64,000 nucleotides of DNA, from positions 46,190,001-46,254,000 of the forward strand of contig OX597831.1 of the NCBI GenBank assembly GCA_951406725.2, in the 5' to 3' direction. Each line of letters begins with the position of its first letter. The stretch's first letter is position 1. Shown piece after piece: positions 30,872 to 44,900 of the stretch. The translations under genes were made by a program, and so were the position numbers. The stretch is from Octopus vulgaris. Taxonomy: Eukaryota. The notes below the pieces were generated by a model. It was given only the letters and a program-made list of their open reading frames with translations. It was not told the DNA's origin and searched no databases.

Positions 30872-31790
30872 CTAGCAAACGCACCCGTCCTTTACACGGT
30901 TTAAGTTGCTTTCGTGGTGTATTTTACAACAAATAATTGAACTACCGAGAAGGTTTATGTATAGGATGGCAATCTGTTACCGACTAACCTGGGAACGGAA
31001 AATCACATTGTAGGCTGGTTATTATGGGGGTCGTTGCACTTTGATTATCATAGAACATATAAGTTTGCAAGCGATGTAAAGTAGAGCTACTGAAGAGTTT
31101 TGGGAGTAGATTACGGATAATGACTACAATATATACAAGATAGCAGATATTTTGTAAAATGTATTCCATGTACTAATGCATGCTCACTACCTGTGAAAGC
31201 ATAATAAATTATAAGACACACAAGTACATTATACTACCAAATGCGGTGTGTGTTACATGTTGCATTCGATAGTATATGTTCCTATATTTTTGTCTTTTTA
31301 TATGTCGGAACGTGTGATTATTCTTGTTTAATGCATTTAATCGCTATTGAAAGCTAATTACCCCAACATAGCAAGGCCAACTCAAGAGAAATTTGATCGA
31401 AAGAAATAATTAAATGTGATGATGCCCTAATGTGTGTATCTACTAATTTTGAAGTCTCGTGTAAGCACATACAGTTCCATCCAAAATGGACGCGATTACC
31501 AGCATCCTAAAAGGCAGAGCTTGAAAAATCGCCTTTGAGAAGATACTATTGAAACAATGTTACTCCATAAATAAATTATATATATATATATTCAGACACA
31601 CAGTACTCACCAAATAGCTTTTAATTAGTTCAGTGTAGTTACATACTCTGATTGTTTTATTTATTTTATTATAACGCTTAAATGTTTAGGTAAAATTATT
31701 TTACATGGTGAATATTTTAAACTGGGAAGAACTTGCCGTGTTCATTTCAGGTGAAATGTTTCATTTGCGAAAAGATATAAGGTGACGAAT

Positions 31791-32867
31791 TCATTGAGTT
31801 TCGATATTTTGTTTTTTACATAGCTGGAAAATGTTGTAAAATAAAGCAATTATTTCCACACGAAACTGCCGATTGAAAACTCCGTAAATACACGGATTAA
31901 GAACAGAGCTGATATAAAAAGAATAATCTAAGAATTTGCGCATTACATGTTCTGTATCACTTGCAACGTCTTCAAAATCTTTAACAAGCAACCACCAGAA
32001 TACTCCAATGAAATGTGGTATGTAACCGATTATCCAGACCAAGGTGATAACAAAGAATATTAAATTAGACATAGCTGGTGGTCTTTTACGACGCTCAAAA
32101 GAGACTTTACAACTATCTGTAGACTGACCTGAAGGAGGTTTGGAAGTGTTACGAGTTGTGGTTTCACGAAACTGATCTGCCCTTTTTTTCTTAATTTTGT
32201 AAATTCTCCAAATGCGCATTCCAATTAATAAATATATAATCAAAAGAATCATAAACAAACAAGAGCAAATGGATACCCCAGTAGTATAATAGACTAAAGA
32301 ATATATTGTGCCATTTATATAAGGAGAAAGTGCACACACTTCTCCAATATTTCCACATTGTTTCACCATTTTGTTTTGTCTGCCGTATACAAAATATGAT
32401 GGTGTAGACAAAATAAACGCCAAGATTGTTAAAAATGCTAGAATTTTTTTTGAATTCTTAGCGGAAATATTTTGCTTAAGAGGTCGACATATGAGAATGT
32501 ATCTATCGACTGCTATAAGAAACACAATGAAAGCTGAATTCATTATTGCTAGAGCTACCACACCACGTATCACACGACATGCAGCATCATTGTGAAATTT
32601 GAAGGAAGAATGTAGAACTACAATGTCCATAGGTATACATATTATGCAAGTTAGAAAATCACACACCGCGAGTGCTATAATGAACATATGCGTGGCTGTC
32701 TCATTAAACTTATAATAGTATATATATGATACGAAGCCATTTCCAATTGCTCCAAGTGCCATTGCAATTCCGAGATACGTTACCACTGGAAAATAAACAT
32801 CCACCATTCTAGTATTTAGTTCTTCTAAAATACTAGCACAAATGTTGTCACTATTGTTTTGCTCCAT
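31791..32867 (-). CDS. Class A GPCR, array copy 3 (358 aa)
   Basis: Same motifs; keeps the inferred ancestral C-terminus QLCKKQNIETQ*. Confidence 0.92.
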   Translation of the reverse strand: MEQNNSDNICASILEELNTRMVDVYFPVVTYLGIAMALGAIGNGFVSYIYYYKFNETATHMFIIALAVCDFLTCIICIPMDIVVLHSSFKFHNDAACRVIRGVVALAIMNSAFIVFLIAVDRYILICRPLKQNISAKNSKKILAFLTILAFILSTPSYFVYGRQNKMVKQCGNIGEVCALSPYINGTIYSLVYYTTGVSICSCLFMILLIIYLLIGMRIWRIYKIKKKRADQFRETTTRNTSKPPSGQSTDSCKVSFERRKRPPAMSNLIFFVITLVWIIGYIPHFIGVFWWLLVKDFEDVASDTEHVMRKFLDYSFYISSVLNPCIYGVFNRQFRVEIIALFYNIFQLCKKQNIETQ

Positions 32868-33124
32868 TTTCTTAATATTGTTTGAAACTTTGAGGACAGT
32901 GTCCTGATTTGCAATGGTATTCCTCGTAATTCCTGGAACGAAAAAAATGCTGGTTTGTAACTGTTTAATTTTCCATAAACTCTGAAATATGCTTTACATC
33001 GAGAGTTAAGTAAACAAAGACGTGTATAAATACACATGATATTTATGAACGAATATGTGTTGATATACAGTGAAATTATTGTTAAATATTAAGCGTTCAT
33101 CTACAATTATCAATAAATAGGATA

Positions 33125-33238
<114 letters not shown>

Positions 33239-35029
33239 GTGCAGGACCTGTTAAGTGTTCGACATCAATCATATATTGAGAAGAGTAGTAAATGAACCAT
33301 ATAAGTATGTGCTTGTGTGCATGTGTGTGTTCGTTTTTTACATTTGAAGTGGAAGTAGATAAAGTTATAAATAATAGCGTCTAAATATTGACTTAAGGAA
33401 CACTGGGTAGAAAAAGCCGAAAGTATGTATGTATGTATGTATGTATGTATGTATGTATGTATGTATGTATGTATGTATGTATGTGTATATTATGAAAACC
33501 ATTTTATTGGAGATCAAGTAATTGATTTTTCTCCAGGAAGAAAGTTATGTTTGATCTCACTGGCTTCTCGAATTCTTTTACAATACGAGTGTTTAGTAGA
33601 TTTGGCGGTAATTCACCGTGAGCAACTTATTTCATTTTTCATAATGGTCGGAACTGTCTAACACAGCTCCTCCATCACGTTGATGGCTTTCTAAAAGTTT
33701 TAGGAGAGGGCTACAGTACAGATGTTATTTATTTTGATTTCAGTCAAGTTTTTCACAAAGTCTACCTCAGATTCCGCTGAAGAAATTATCCACCTTTAGA
33801 GTCCGTGGTAAGCTACAGCAGTGAATGAAATATTTTCTGACAAATAGGACTCTATATTCCGTGGCTCATGCAATTTGAACACGAGTAATAATTAGTGGTG
33901 TTCCCCAGGGTATTATGTTAGGCCCACTTCCGTTTAATGTTTACATAAATAACTTGAAAATGCTAGCAATCAAAAGTAAAGAACAATTTTAGAAACTGGG
34001 CTGACACAGTGGGACAGAAAACGTTCAGGAATAAGGCCTGGATCCAGTGAATTCCCCCAGAGATTGACAGGAGAAGACGCAAAGTGATTCTTGCACAGTT
34101 TTAGGATAATAATAGAGAGAAATCTGTCGGATTAAATTGAGTTAAATTTTATTAATTACCGCAACCTTATTCGCATTACTGAAAGTTATAGCCATCTTTT
34201 ATTGACAATGTTTTAAAGGCATAATATTAAGCAAACCAATACGTTACTTGAGATAATGTAATATTTTCCTCTAAAGAGAGTCTTGTGAGAGAATGAAAGA
34301 ATGTTACGGGTATATAATAATAGAATATACATAAACGCATAGTTTAACTAACCTAGTAAAAATATATAGAAACGAGGTTTATGCTTCAGAGAATATACCG
34401 AAACATTTTCATATAATAACAGAAATATATATAAACGAAGACTTTAACTAACCTTGTAAAAATATATAAAATCGATGTCTACGCTACAGAGAATATACCG
34501 AAAAATGTAGGGGAAATCAAAATGATGTTGAAATTATTTGCAACTGTAATATATTTTCACGAGAGAGAACGCTATTACTCTAGAAACGGCTATTATTCTG
34601 TCCGCATGCACTAAGGACGTTCTCTGTTTTCCTCGATTTCTAAACTATCAAGTTTCTGTAAAGAAGAAAAACAAAACATTCCATAAATTACTTCCAGATG
34701 GTAAATAATTTCATTTTTAATTTTAATGAATGTCTCTCTTCGTAATCCATCCAATTAATAAGTTGCAGATTATATGATGCTGAATTTTTCGAAAACAAAT
34801 AAAATAGCACTCTACATGATTAATATGTACTAGAAATTATAAAAGTCTCGTAACAGATTAAAACAGATTGAATATAAGAATTTTAAGCATATTCTTTTTT
34901 GTAGTTCCTAATTTCATATTCAAATTTCTAGTCCCGCCTCGTGTTGTGAGGGAATAGTTATTTTCCTTGTTCTAACGACCACTGCCAGAGGGAACAACAT
35001 GTATTTTATCAAATGTCTGCCCTTGTGAT

Positions 35030-37380
35030 TTATTGATCGTTCTACTGTGTGTAAGAGTGCTTGTATTTGTGAATCATTTTTTGAGATAGTTTCAAGCCAT
35101 TCATATAAAGTAGATGATTAACTGTTTTTCCACTCACGTTGTAACCATACTTTCTTTCATTCAGGAGTTTACTTAGAGGAAAATTAGTGCTAAGTAGAAT
35201 AACAAAGGAGGTAAGGAGACTCCTTGAAAGATTGCACGATTAATATTGAGCCTACATTTATATTTGTTGAGACAGTGTTGAGAATTAATGTCGTTTCTAC
35301 AGATCTCCATGGCATAAGATACACAAACCCAGATAAATGGTGAAATTTTGAACATCTCAAAGCGTCATTTTTATTTAGCTGTGAGGAAGACTATCAAAAG
35401 TCTTTTGTACTCTATCCGCGCCACTGAGAGATGTCTTTTCCTGATATGATGTTTTTTCACGTGTGAAATACAAGATTTTCTGGTTACTAGTGAAATTTTG
35501 AACAACTCCAGGCATTTATTTATAAAGCTGTGAAGAGGACGAACAAAGGATGTCTTGTAGTCTATCCAGCCTACTGAGAGATGTTTTCCTGTTGTGATAA
35601 CGTTCAAAAATCATTCTGAGTTTTTTTTTGTTCATCAGGGAAGATGTTGTTAATGAGAAATTTATACGTATGTTTATTAGGAGATATATATATGGGTATT
35701 GTACATTGTTGAAAGTCAGGTTATAGGTCTGTAGTAGTTAGGGGTTTTTGTTTCATTTTTTTAGAGGGTAAAAAGATCATACCATTGGCCAGCCATTGTG
35801 GTGTCGTCTGCGATTCTTTCATAATTGCGTAGTACAACACGTTAGTTTGTTGTGTGAGTTTGTAAACATATTGAACCAGTAGTTTGGGATCTTATCCATA
35901 GCAGATGACTTTTTAAATGCGTGTCTGACACCTAGTATACTTATCTCTTACCATATTTACTCTTCAATAAGCTCAGTATCTTCTTTTTGTCTATTAATCC
36001 ATAGGATGTCATAGTTGTGCTACTTTTCATCTACAAAAATTTTCCTCTAGAATTCCAGTATTTCATGCTGTGAGTGGACTTCTATTTTGATGGTGCTTTT
36101 TCCAATATGCCAGTAGAACATCTTTGGATTATTAGGAAACATGCTGTTATCTTTGAAGAAACTGGACTGTTTTCGATGTGGCCTATATACGTGGTTTCGC
36201 CTTCACTTTTTGATTTATCTTCTTCACCACTCCACCAGATTGGTGTTCTAACTTTAATTCGAACTTTTACACTATCTTTCTCTTCTTAGAAGGTTTTATA
36301 TTTTGATTGTTGCTTAGGTTTTTCTGTTTCTATATTAGCTCAGAGACCATTGATTATTTTCTTGCCTGTTGGTCTTTCATAAGGTTTTGTCACTCTCTTT
36401 TTCAGCTTTGCGTCTTACATTTAGAGTACATCATTCAACGATATGCTGTTTATGTTGGATTTGAGGGCTGTTTTCACCTGGCAGATTATTTTGCATTTTC
36501 ATTTTTTACTAGTGTGAATCTTAGGAATGTCACTGCGTTCCTTCATGTCTACAGTTTTGGATTTTGATCCATTCATCGATCATTTCTTCTTCGAGCTCTT
36601 TCGGTTCCATTGCCTATATTATTTAAATTGTTGATAGTCTCTTTAGTATGCTCATCTGCAATGACACGATCAGAGAGAATATTAAGGTTGTATCTAGTTA
36701 TATGTCGTGTCGTTTATAACTTCTTGCAAAGATTTTTCTTCTATGACTGACATAGTCTTTGCCTGTTGATTTGCGAGCTGTAATCGCTGGTTCGCTCCTT
36801 AGATCTGATTCATACATTTTCCATTATCGTTTGACGTCGGTTAACAATTTCTGTTTACAATATTTCTTCGTACATTTACAAGCTTGTTGCTGTCTATGTT
36901 CATTCTTGTGTTAGGATTCTTTTCCACATAGAATGATTCTGCTTGTTCAGAGTTTGAGACGTTTGTTGATTGATACATGACTATGTAGCAAGACTCAATA
37001 GCCCGTTTATTATCTTCTTTGGACCATTTCTCTCTTTTGATTTCATTGGTGCTTGTAGGTTTTGGGCTTGGAGGGCCTTGAGAAAGCCTTGTTCTGTTGT
37101 GGGAGACCTCCAGACTCATATTGCTGGGAAGGAATCTCTTGTTCACCTGGGCGGCGATTGATCCGATATAGATGATGCATCGTTGAGTTTTGGCTTGTGG
37201 CCATTAAAACAACATTGGGATTAGGAGACGAGTCTGTTTGTTTCGAGTTAACTTTTGGACAGAACACCGCCTCCGAGTCCTTTGAATGGATGTGTTTCTC
37301 ATATCGTAATCGCAAGAGTCTTACAGAACGAATTTTGGTTGACATAACTCCAGGCATGACAGATTAGTGGTGATTTAAAC
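35030..37380 (-). mobile_element. R4/Dong-type LINE remnant, copy D
   Basis: Paralogous to copy A; ORF pieces KHLSVGWIDYK and AIFQGVSLPPLLF. Confidence 0.75.
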
Positions 37381-37829
37381 TAAAGGATTAATTGCTTCTT
37401 TTGCGTGTGTTGCTGCTAAGTCGCTTTGTTTTTGTTTTGTTCTACTTCGCTTGCGTCACGTGTTTTGCGTGTGTGTGTGTGTATGTGTGTGTTTGCATGT
37501 GCATATGAATATGCGCATGCGAGCGTGTGTTGTGTGTCGTGTGTACATGTGTGTATGTGTGTGTGTGTATGTGTGTTTGGTGAGATACAGGAAGAAAACA
37601 ATAATTTTCTGTCGTCCAACCCATGTAAAGGAAATAAATCCACGTGCTTGAATTATGAACTACAAATCATGCATAATTTATCTTATACGTAAGATGTTCT
37701 GTTTGTTTTTATTTACTTCCCTGAGATACTCTACGTGCAACTCTTCCACAGCAGTAATATTTGATTCCTTTGAGTCTTTTAAACTAAAGTACATAGCATG
37801 GTCATTTGATGAGTGCAAGCTCAGAATCA

Positions 37830-37888
<59 letters not shown>

Positions 37889-38248
37889 CTTAATTGGAAA
37901 TGGATTCGTGGCCCTGTTTTTGTTACCACTTTAACCCTCCGCAAATCCCAAATTTTATTTAATTTGCTTTGCCGGAACAACTGTTTTAACGAAGTAGGGG
38001 AGTAGATAAAACAGGGGTCAACTGATTAACGGATTGCTCTGTATGTCGCCTGCCTCGTTTCTCTATTTGTTTCTTTCGTTGTTCGAAAAAGAGTTCGTTT
38101 TCCATGTTTTATTAATTGTTCTCGTTTTTCCACTTGCACGTTTTTTTAACGTCCCGTATTTTAACCCATATATGCATGTATATATACATAAAACTATGTA
38201 TATATGCATATATATATTATTTATAATATATATATGTATATATGTTTG

Positions 38249-38298
<50 letters not shown>

Positions 38299-38794
38299 AA
38301 AAAAGGTTTGAAAATGCAATTTAAACGATGTTTATTTACTTAACCGGTTTCACTCTTTGGTAAAAGATTGTCAAAAGTTACATTTAAGGAAACATTGAAT
38401 AATATGGGTTCAAAAAAAGTTTTTTACATAATTGTCACATTGAATATTATGCATTCAAAAAAGTTTTTTACATAATTGTCACATTGGATATTATGAATTC
38501 AAAAATGTTTTTTATACATAATTGTCACATTACATGTATATATATACAATCTTTGGTATATATATACAGCGTTTTGACAGCAAAAATTAAAATGGATTTT
38601 TTGTACATCTCAGAATATTTTAAGTATGTTTTTACTGACCTGTCAGTATTAGCAGAAAGGCTGAACTGAGAGAACAGAAGAAGTAGCCAATGTGGTGTAT
38701 ACTTCCCCTTTATGCATGAATGATTTTGGGGTTATCAGGAGGTTAGTATGCGGGTGTGAATAGATGTGTCCGTGCCTGCTGGTCAGATAGCGTC

Positions 38795-38828
<34 letters not shown>

Positions 38829-39368
38829 TGTGTGTTCAATAAATATGAAAGAAATTTGTCTTACCTCTTGGAAGAACATTCGATAAATGGACAACCTAGA
38901 ATCGGATAATGCAAGACCAGTTTCTAACTCTTCAAATATGTTTGTCAACGTAAATTTGATTAGTCTTCATCAGCTGCATTTACCTCGACAACATTTCAAA
39001 TGTTGCCACATCAATGCCAGTACACTCGTCTGAACGCGAAAACGTTAACAGAACGAGAATAGTGAAGACATTTCAATGAAAATAATAATGCAATACAAAG
39101 GCTAGATATTGTGGGGGTCGTTGCAGTTTGATTATCATAGAACATATAAGTTTGCAAGCGATGTAAAGTAGAGCTACTGAAGTGTTTTGGGAGTAGATTA
39201 CGGATAATGTCTACAAAATATTACAAGATATCAGATATGTATATATGTATTTATGTATGTATGTATGTATGTATGTATGTATGTATGTATGTATGTGTGT
39301 GTGTATGTATGTATGTATGTATGTATGTATGTATGTATGTATGTATCTATATATCCATCTATCTATCC

Positions 39369-39426
<58 letters not shown>

Positions 39427-39465
39427 ATATATATATATAGACATATACATATACATATATATGTG

Positions 39466-39660
39466 TACTGTTGGCGATCTTTTTCCCTCTGTCTTCCCTT
39501 TTCTGGATCTTTCCTTCTCCTATGTTTCCGACGAAGAGCTCCGCTCGAAACGTTAAACCCTCCTTCTTTCCTTCTTTCCTGAGCGTCCAATAATACTATA
39601 TCTGTTCAACATCCTCGCGTTGTTGTGTTTTTTTTTTGTGCTTTCTTGTTTGGATTAACT
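39466..39660 (+). mobile_element. Penelope-like terminal fragment with degenerate minimal hammerhead motif
   Basis: gttt-ccgacga-a-gagc-tcc-gctc-gaaacgtt-aaac at 39524-39558. Confidence 0.55.
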
Positions 39661-41243
39661 TTATATATGTATATATATATATATATATGCGAAAAAAAAA
39701 CTCGTATAGGAATGTCCCATCAGAAGACGACTAACAATTTATTAAATACTTTAAAATACTAAAAATATGTCATGCTGGAAAAGTTGAGAAAGGGGGTAAA
39801 CAAATAAAGAATAAATCGACTAATAAGTTATATTTAATTCACCCACACCATGAGTAAAACTTCTTTTTTCAAATAAAAATATACGTCCACACAAAATATA
39901 TTACTTCATGAGTAAGGATTCACCAATTGAATTAAACGTGATGTTCGAAAATATAAGAACACAGATACTGTGGCTTATAGCCAGCTGGAAACGAGGTTTC
40001 CTGAGGCTAAATAATAGTAACAGTCGTCCCTTCCAGGACAGCCACATTATGTTGGCAAATAGCTTTTACTTTGAAGAACTTTTACTGAATATCTCTCTTT
40101 TAGAGATCTAGAAATAATGCTTATACATACATACATACATACATACATACATACATACATACATACATACATACATACATACATACATACATACATACAT
40201 ACATACATACATAAATACATACGTACAAACATTTACGAGCAAACGCATCCGTCCTTTGGACGGTTTAAGTTGCTTTCGTGGTATTTTTTCACCAAATAAT
40301 TGAAATACCGAGAAGGTTTATGTATAGGATGGCAATCTGTTTCCGACTAACCTGGGAACGGAAAATCAAATTGTAGGCTGGTTATTATGGAGGTCGTTGC
40401 TCTTTGATTATCATAGAACATATAAGTTTGCAAGCGATGTAAAGTAGAGCTACTGAAGAGTTTTGGGAATAGATTACGGATAATGACTACAATATATACA
40501 AGACTAGCATTAAAGACCCGTCGTTGCTGGGTCATAGTACTAGTGCATGTATATATGTATATATATATATGTGTACATATTACATGTACATCTATATATA
40601 TTCGTCTACACATAAAATACAAAATACAAAGTCATATCTTGATATCGCTAGTGATAACAATACTCAAAATATGTAACAGACTGGAATTGTTAGCCTGTCT
40701 CTTGGAATTTCGAGCAATTGTATCTTGTCCTCCCTCTTGTATAGAAGTGTGGCTACAATCCAGCCTACCTCTACTTCGGGGTGGGGGGGGGATCTTAAAA
40801 ATTTTTTTGCGAGACGTCCTACGTCCCAGATTTAAAGGTAAAAGTAAAATATTTCCACTTTGCAAGTTCGAGTCGAGTACTCCTTTGCACGCTCCGTTGA
40901 CTCGAACCTTGCTTCTATTGTGGCGAATTTACCCCCTCTGATTAGATACCTTTCATAGTCGCACCAAGACACTTTTCGAAGGTGCTTTCCTCCATGTTGT
41001 TTTATTATTACCCACAAGGGGCGAACACAGATGGGACAATACAATCTGATGATGGGGTCAGACAAACGAATGGGTTTTTACAATAAATCGGGTTTAAAAA
41101 TTTTCATGAATAACAATAAATGGACAGAAATCGAGTGACAGGACAGACCGGAAGACATTACGGGTGGAGTGGGTGCGGGTTTAGCTCGGACCCCACGAGC
41201 CCCGCCTCCCCACTGATACTTTTGGTTGCACTTGGTATTACAT

Positions 41244-44200
41244 TTATGTTGTAACTTTCATTCGCAACTTCCGTGCTACATCCTTCCATCGTTCTTCATA
41301 CGCTCTCCTAGTCAGGCATATTCTCTCCAGCCCTATCTTCCTTTTCAGGTGAAAGATGAAATAATTCATCAAACCAGGGCCGGAGATGAACTTGCCTGAC
41401 TGTAAACCTTTCATTCTCGTCTTCCATATCACCTCTTTCGCGATTGCTACTACAACGAGAAAACGAAACTTACCTTCATTCACGAGGAAATCCGGTGGGT
41501 CAATTTTTGTAATCGACTCAGTCGACAGCTGTACTCTTCGTGTACCTGACAACAGGTGTTCGGCATAAACCCACACCTCAGACACGTCCGGACAATGAAC
41601 AATCGCGTGCGGGACGGTTTCCCTATCCCGCCCGCATCTTGGACATATCGGACTGTCTTGGCCACCGTGCCTTGCGAGTTTATCCCGAACAGGTAGAGCT
41701 CCTCTGTAGCATTGCCATGCCAGAGACTTCTGGAAGTTGTCCAGTGTCCTTGGCTCGAACGTACGTCGGAACAGACTGGCCAGCTGGTTATCGTCGAGAC
41801 CTAGGGTTTCCCCCAAGGTATCTTCACATTCCGCCTCTACCAACCCTCTATAGAAGAAAGTGGTGGAACCCCCACCGCAGGCGTTGCCCGAGCGACGGAA
41901 TAGCAGGAGAGCCTTGCGACACTCCGTGTACCAAGTACCAAGTTTCGATCTACGATTCAGCCAGGTTTCCCATCCACCGAAACTAGTGAACTTGGGAAAC
42001 ATCAGTTTTGCTAGCGAAGACCACACCCGTTCACCATCCAGGTAGAGCCACAGATGTCTTAACCTCAGCGCATGTCTGCGCATCATCAGCCAAGGCATCC
42101 CTAGCCCACCCTTTAACGGTTGTTGACAGCAAGTAGAGCGTTTCACAAGTGGTTTCCCGCCCTTCCACAAGAAGTAGAAGAGCTGTCTTTCCAACTTGAT
42201 CAACCACGAATCAGGGCAAGGAACGACGGAAAGGCGGTAGGTGATAACCGATGCGATAAACACATTGGCCACCTCCGCCCTCCCTTTCAGGGATAGCCAC
42301 CGCCAAGACCAGGTCTTGGCTACTGCAGCCACCTTGCTCGTTACCTCGCCCCAATTCTTCTCTATTTGGAGGTCTGGACCGAACCAGACCCCTAGCAGTT
42401 TAATCGGACCCTCCGTCCAACGTCCCACGACGCTGTCAGGAGGCATCGACTTGCCTCTCCAGGTGCCGAGTTGCAAGCCGACTGACTTTTCGCGATTAAC
42501 TTTTGCTCCTGTCACCGTCTCGTACACCTCTATGGCCTTGCCTACTTTACATAGGTGGTCCATTTCGGTTACGATGATGGTGATGTCATCCGCGTACGCT
42601 GACACTGATTTTCCATTACCTGGCTGTCTCGGGATGCCGCTCAGTTTTCGCAGTAATGGCTCAAGAGCCATCACGTACAAAAGCGGGGAGAGCGGACACC
42701 CTTGACGAACCGAGCGTTTGATTTTGAACGGCTTCGACAAGAAGCCGTTCACCCGAACTACCGAGTCGATGTTATCATAAATTTCGATAATCCACCTGAG
42801 GAATCCAAGGCTCAGCCCGAACTGTGCCAGGGCAGATACCAGGTAACGATGGTCGACCCTATCAAAAGCTTTAGATTGGTCTAAATGGACCAGTGCCCCA
42901 CCCTTGCCAGAATCACTATTAAACCCCTCTATAGTGTACCGCATTAGATGGAGATTATCCTGAATGGATCTGCCCGGAACGGCACATGTCTGTGCCCCTC
43001 CGATCAGACCATCCGCGACACGCGCCAATCTTTTCGATAACACTTTGGCCAAAATCTTCAACTCTGTGTTTAGCAGAGTGATGGGCCTGAAATTATCAAT
43101 GCACTCCCCCTTGCTCGGGTCCTTTCTGACGAGAGTCACTACTCCCCGGCGCACAGATCTGGGTATAAGCCCGTTCTGCTGCCAGTTCGCGTAGACCTCC
43201 GCCAGTAGGTGCCCGAACAAGTCTGGCATACTCTTATATAACTCATAGGGTAGACCATCCAAACCCGGCGCCTTGCCCGCACCGCAGTCCGCCATTGCCT
43301 CAACCACCTCCTCAGGCGTGATTGGCCCTTCACAGCCCTCCGCATCTCGCCCCGATAAGCGCGGCAGACCGTCGAGTAGGTCCGTAAAGGCCCTCCTCCT
43401 ATCCAGTCCGCCGCACTCACCGAAAAGCTGAGCGAAGTGCTCCTGAAAGGCCTCACACATCTCCTCGGGTTCGTTTATCAACTCACCTTGTTGGTTCGTC
43501 AAAGATCGAATCGTGGCATCGTTACCATGCTGAGCTTCCACCACTCGGGCCCATCTCACGGCGTTGATTCCTTCACATCCCATATGACGGATTCTAGCCC
43601 TGACAATGCAGCCCATGTGTTTGGCCTCGAGGTGCTGGTTTAACACCAGTCTCTTGGCCGCCACCTGAGCCGCAGAGCCAGTTTTCATGGCTTCCTCTAA
43701 TTCCTTAACTAGAGTAGTTTCCCTTCTAGCCTCTCTAGCCACTACTCCTATGCTATATCTAATAGACTCAAACTTGATGGCTCGTTTGAGGGCGTACCAC
43801 CATTTGTTATTAATGATGGTACCAGATAGTGCCCTCTGAATTATATTCCTAATCCGGTCTTTGTACTCCTTAATCGCCAAAAGGGACGTATTAAGTTTCC
43901 AGTAACCGGATCCTCTATTTTTAACCTTATCTATGTCAAGCTTACAAGTGACCATTTTATGATCACTGTAGCTGATCGGGTAAAACTGTGGACACTTAGC
44001 TATTTTACTGTCTACTTTTCTAATTAGTATTCTATCTAGATACGACCTGGAAGATCCGTCGCTGTTTGACCATGTCCACAATGGAGCGTTCGGAAATTCC
44101 AGCCTATAAGGATCTGCTAGCTCAAAGCGGCTTAGCAGTTCCATGAAGCCACTGTTGCCTTTTCTATCTGGACACGAGCCAACATAATCTACATCCGCTT

Positions 44201-44561
44201 TGCAAATTGTGTTAAAGTCTCCTAGCACCACTAATGAATGCGAAGTACCAAGAAAGTTTTCTAGTTCACGAAAATAATCACTTTGCCCTGTATGGTTGGG
44301 TGCGTAAATTGCAACCAGTCTGATAACTTTACCATTACTGAACGTCAAATCCATGACGACCAGCCTACCTTCTGGATCTGCAAAAATTAACTTTTTCTCA
44401 GAAACCCGGTTTCTTTTTAATAGGACCAACACCCCACTCCCGCCTGTAGGACTGCCAGGAGAGAAAAAACTCTCGTAGCCGTCAAACAGCGGGAGTAGAC
44501 CTCTTGGCCCCTCTAACCGGGTTTCTGTAGCAACAATAACATCTAAATTACGCGACCTGAT
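41244..44561 (-). mobile_element. Near-intact L1/Tx1-clade LINE ORF2 (APE endonuclease, RT, C-terminal Cys/His finger); 5' part lost in the gap
   Basis: About 1100 codons without a stop: APE motifs (VATET, LGDFN, SYLDRIL, SDH), RT motifs (NFRPITLLN, DQSKAFDRV, RQGCPLSP, YADD) and CPRC...H....CP. GC-rich. The 3'UTR extends toward ~40600. Confidence 0.93.
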
Positions 44562-44661
44562 NNNNNNNNNNNNNNNNNNNNNNNNNNNNNNNNNNNNNNN
44601 NNNNNNNNNNNNNNNNNNNNNNNNNNNNNNNNNNNNNNNNNNNNNNNNNNNNNNNNNNNNN
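44562..44661. other. Assembly gap (100 N)
   Basis: Run of N. Confidence 1.
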
Positions 44662-44830
44662 AATCTACCACAGCAGTAAGACTTGATTCCTGTGAGTGTT
44701 TTAAAAAGATTAATCAGCCGAAATTGCGAAGATGATCCGGTTCTTGAATGAAAATTGAAGGCTTCGAATGTCCCGTCCGTGTTTTTTGTATCGTCTTTTA
44801 AATGTTTCACGTTCTTGTCTCAGTTTGTAT

Positions 44831-44900
<70 letters not shown>

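Noticed and set aside
44662-44810. N-terminus of the 1188-aa ORF
   Set aside because: It reads through the N gap into an unrelated repeat resembling 58800-58975, so it is not part of LINE ORF2.
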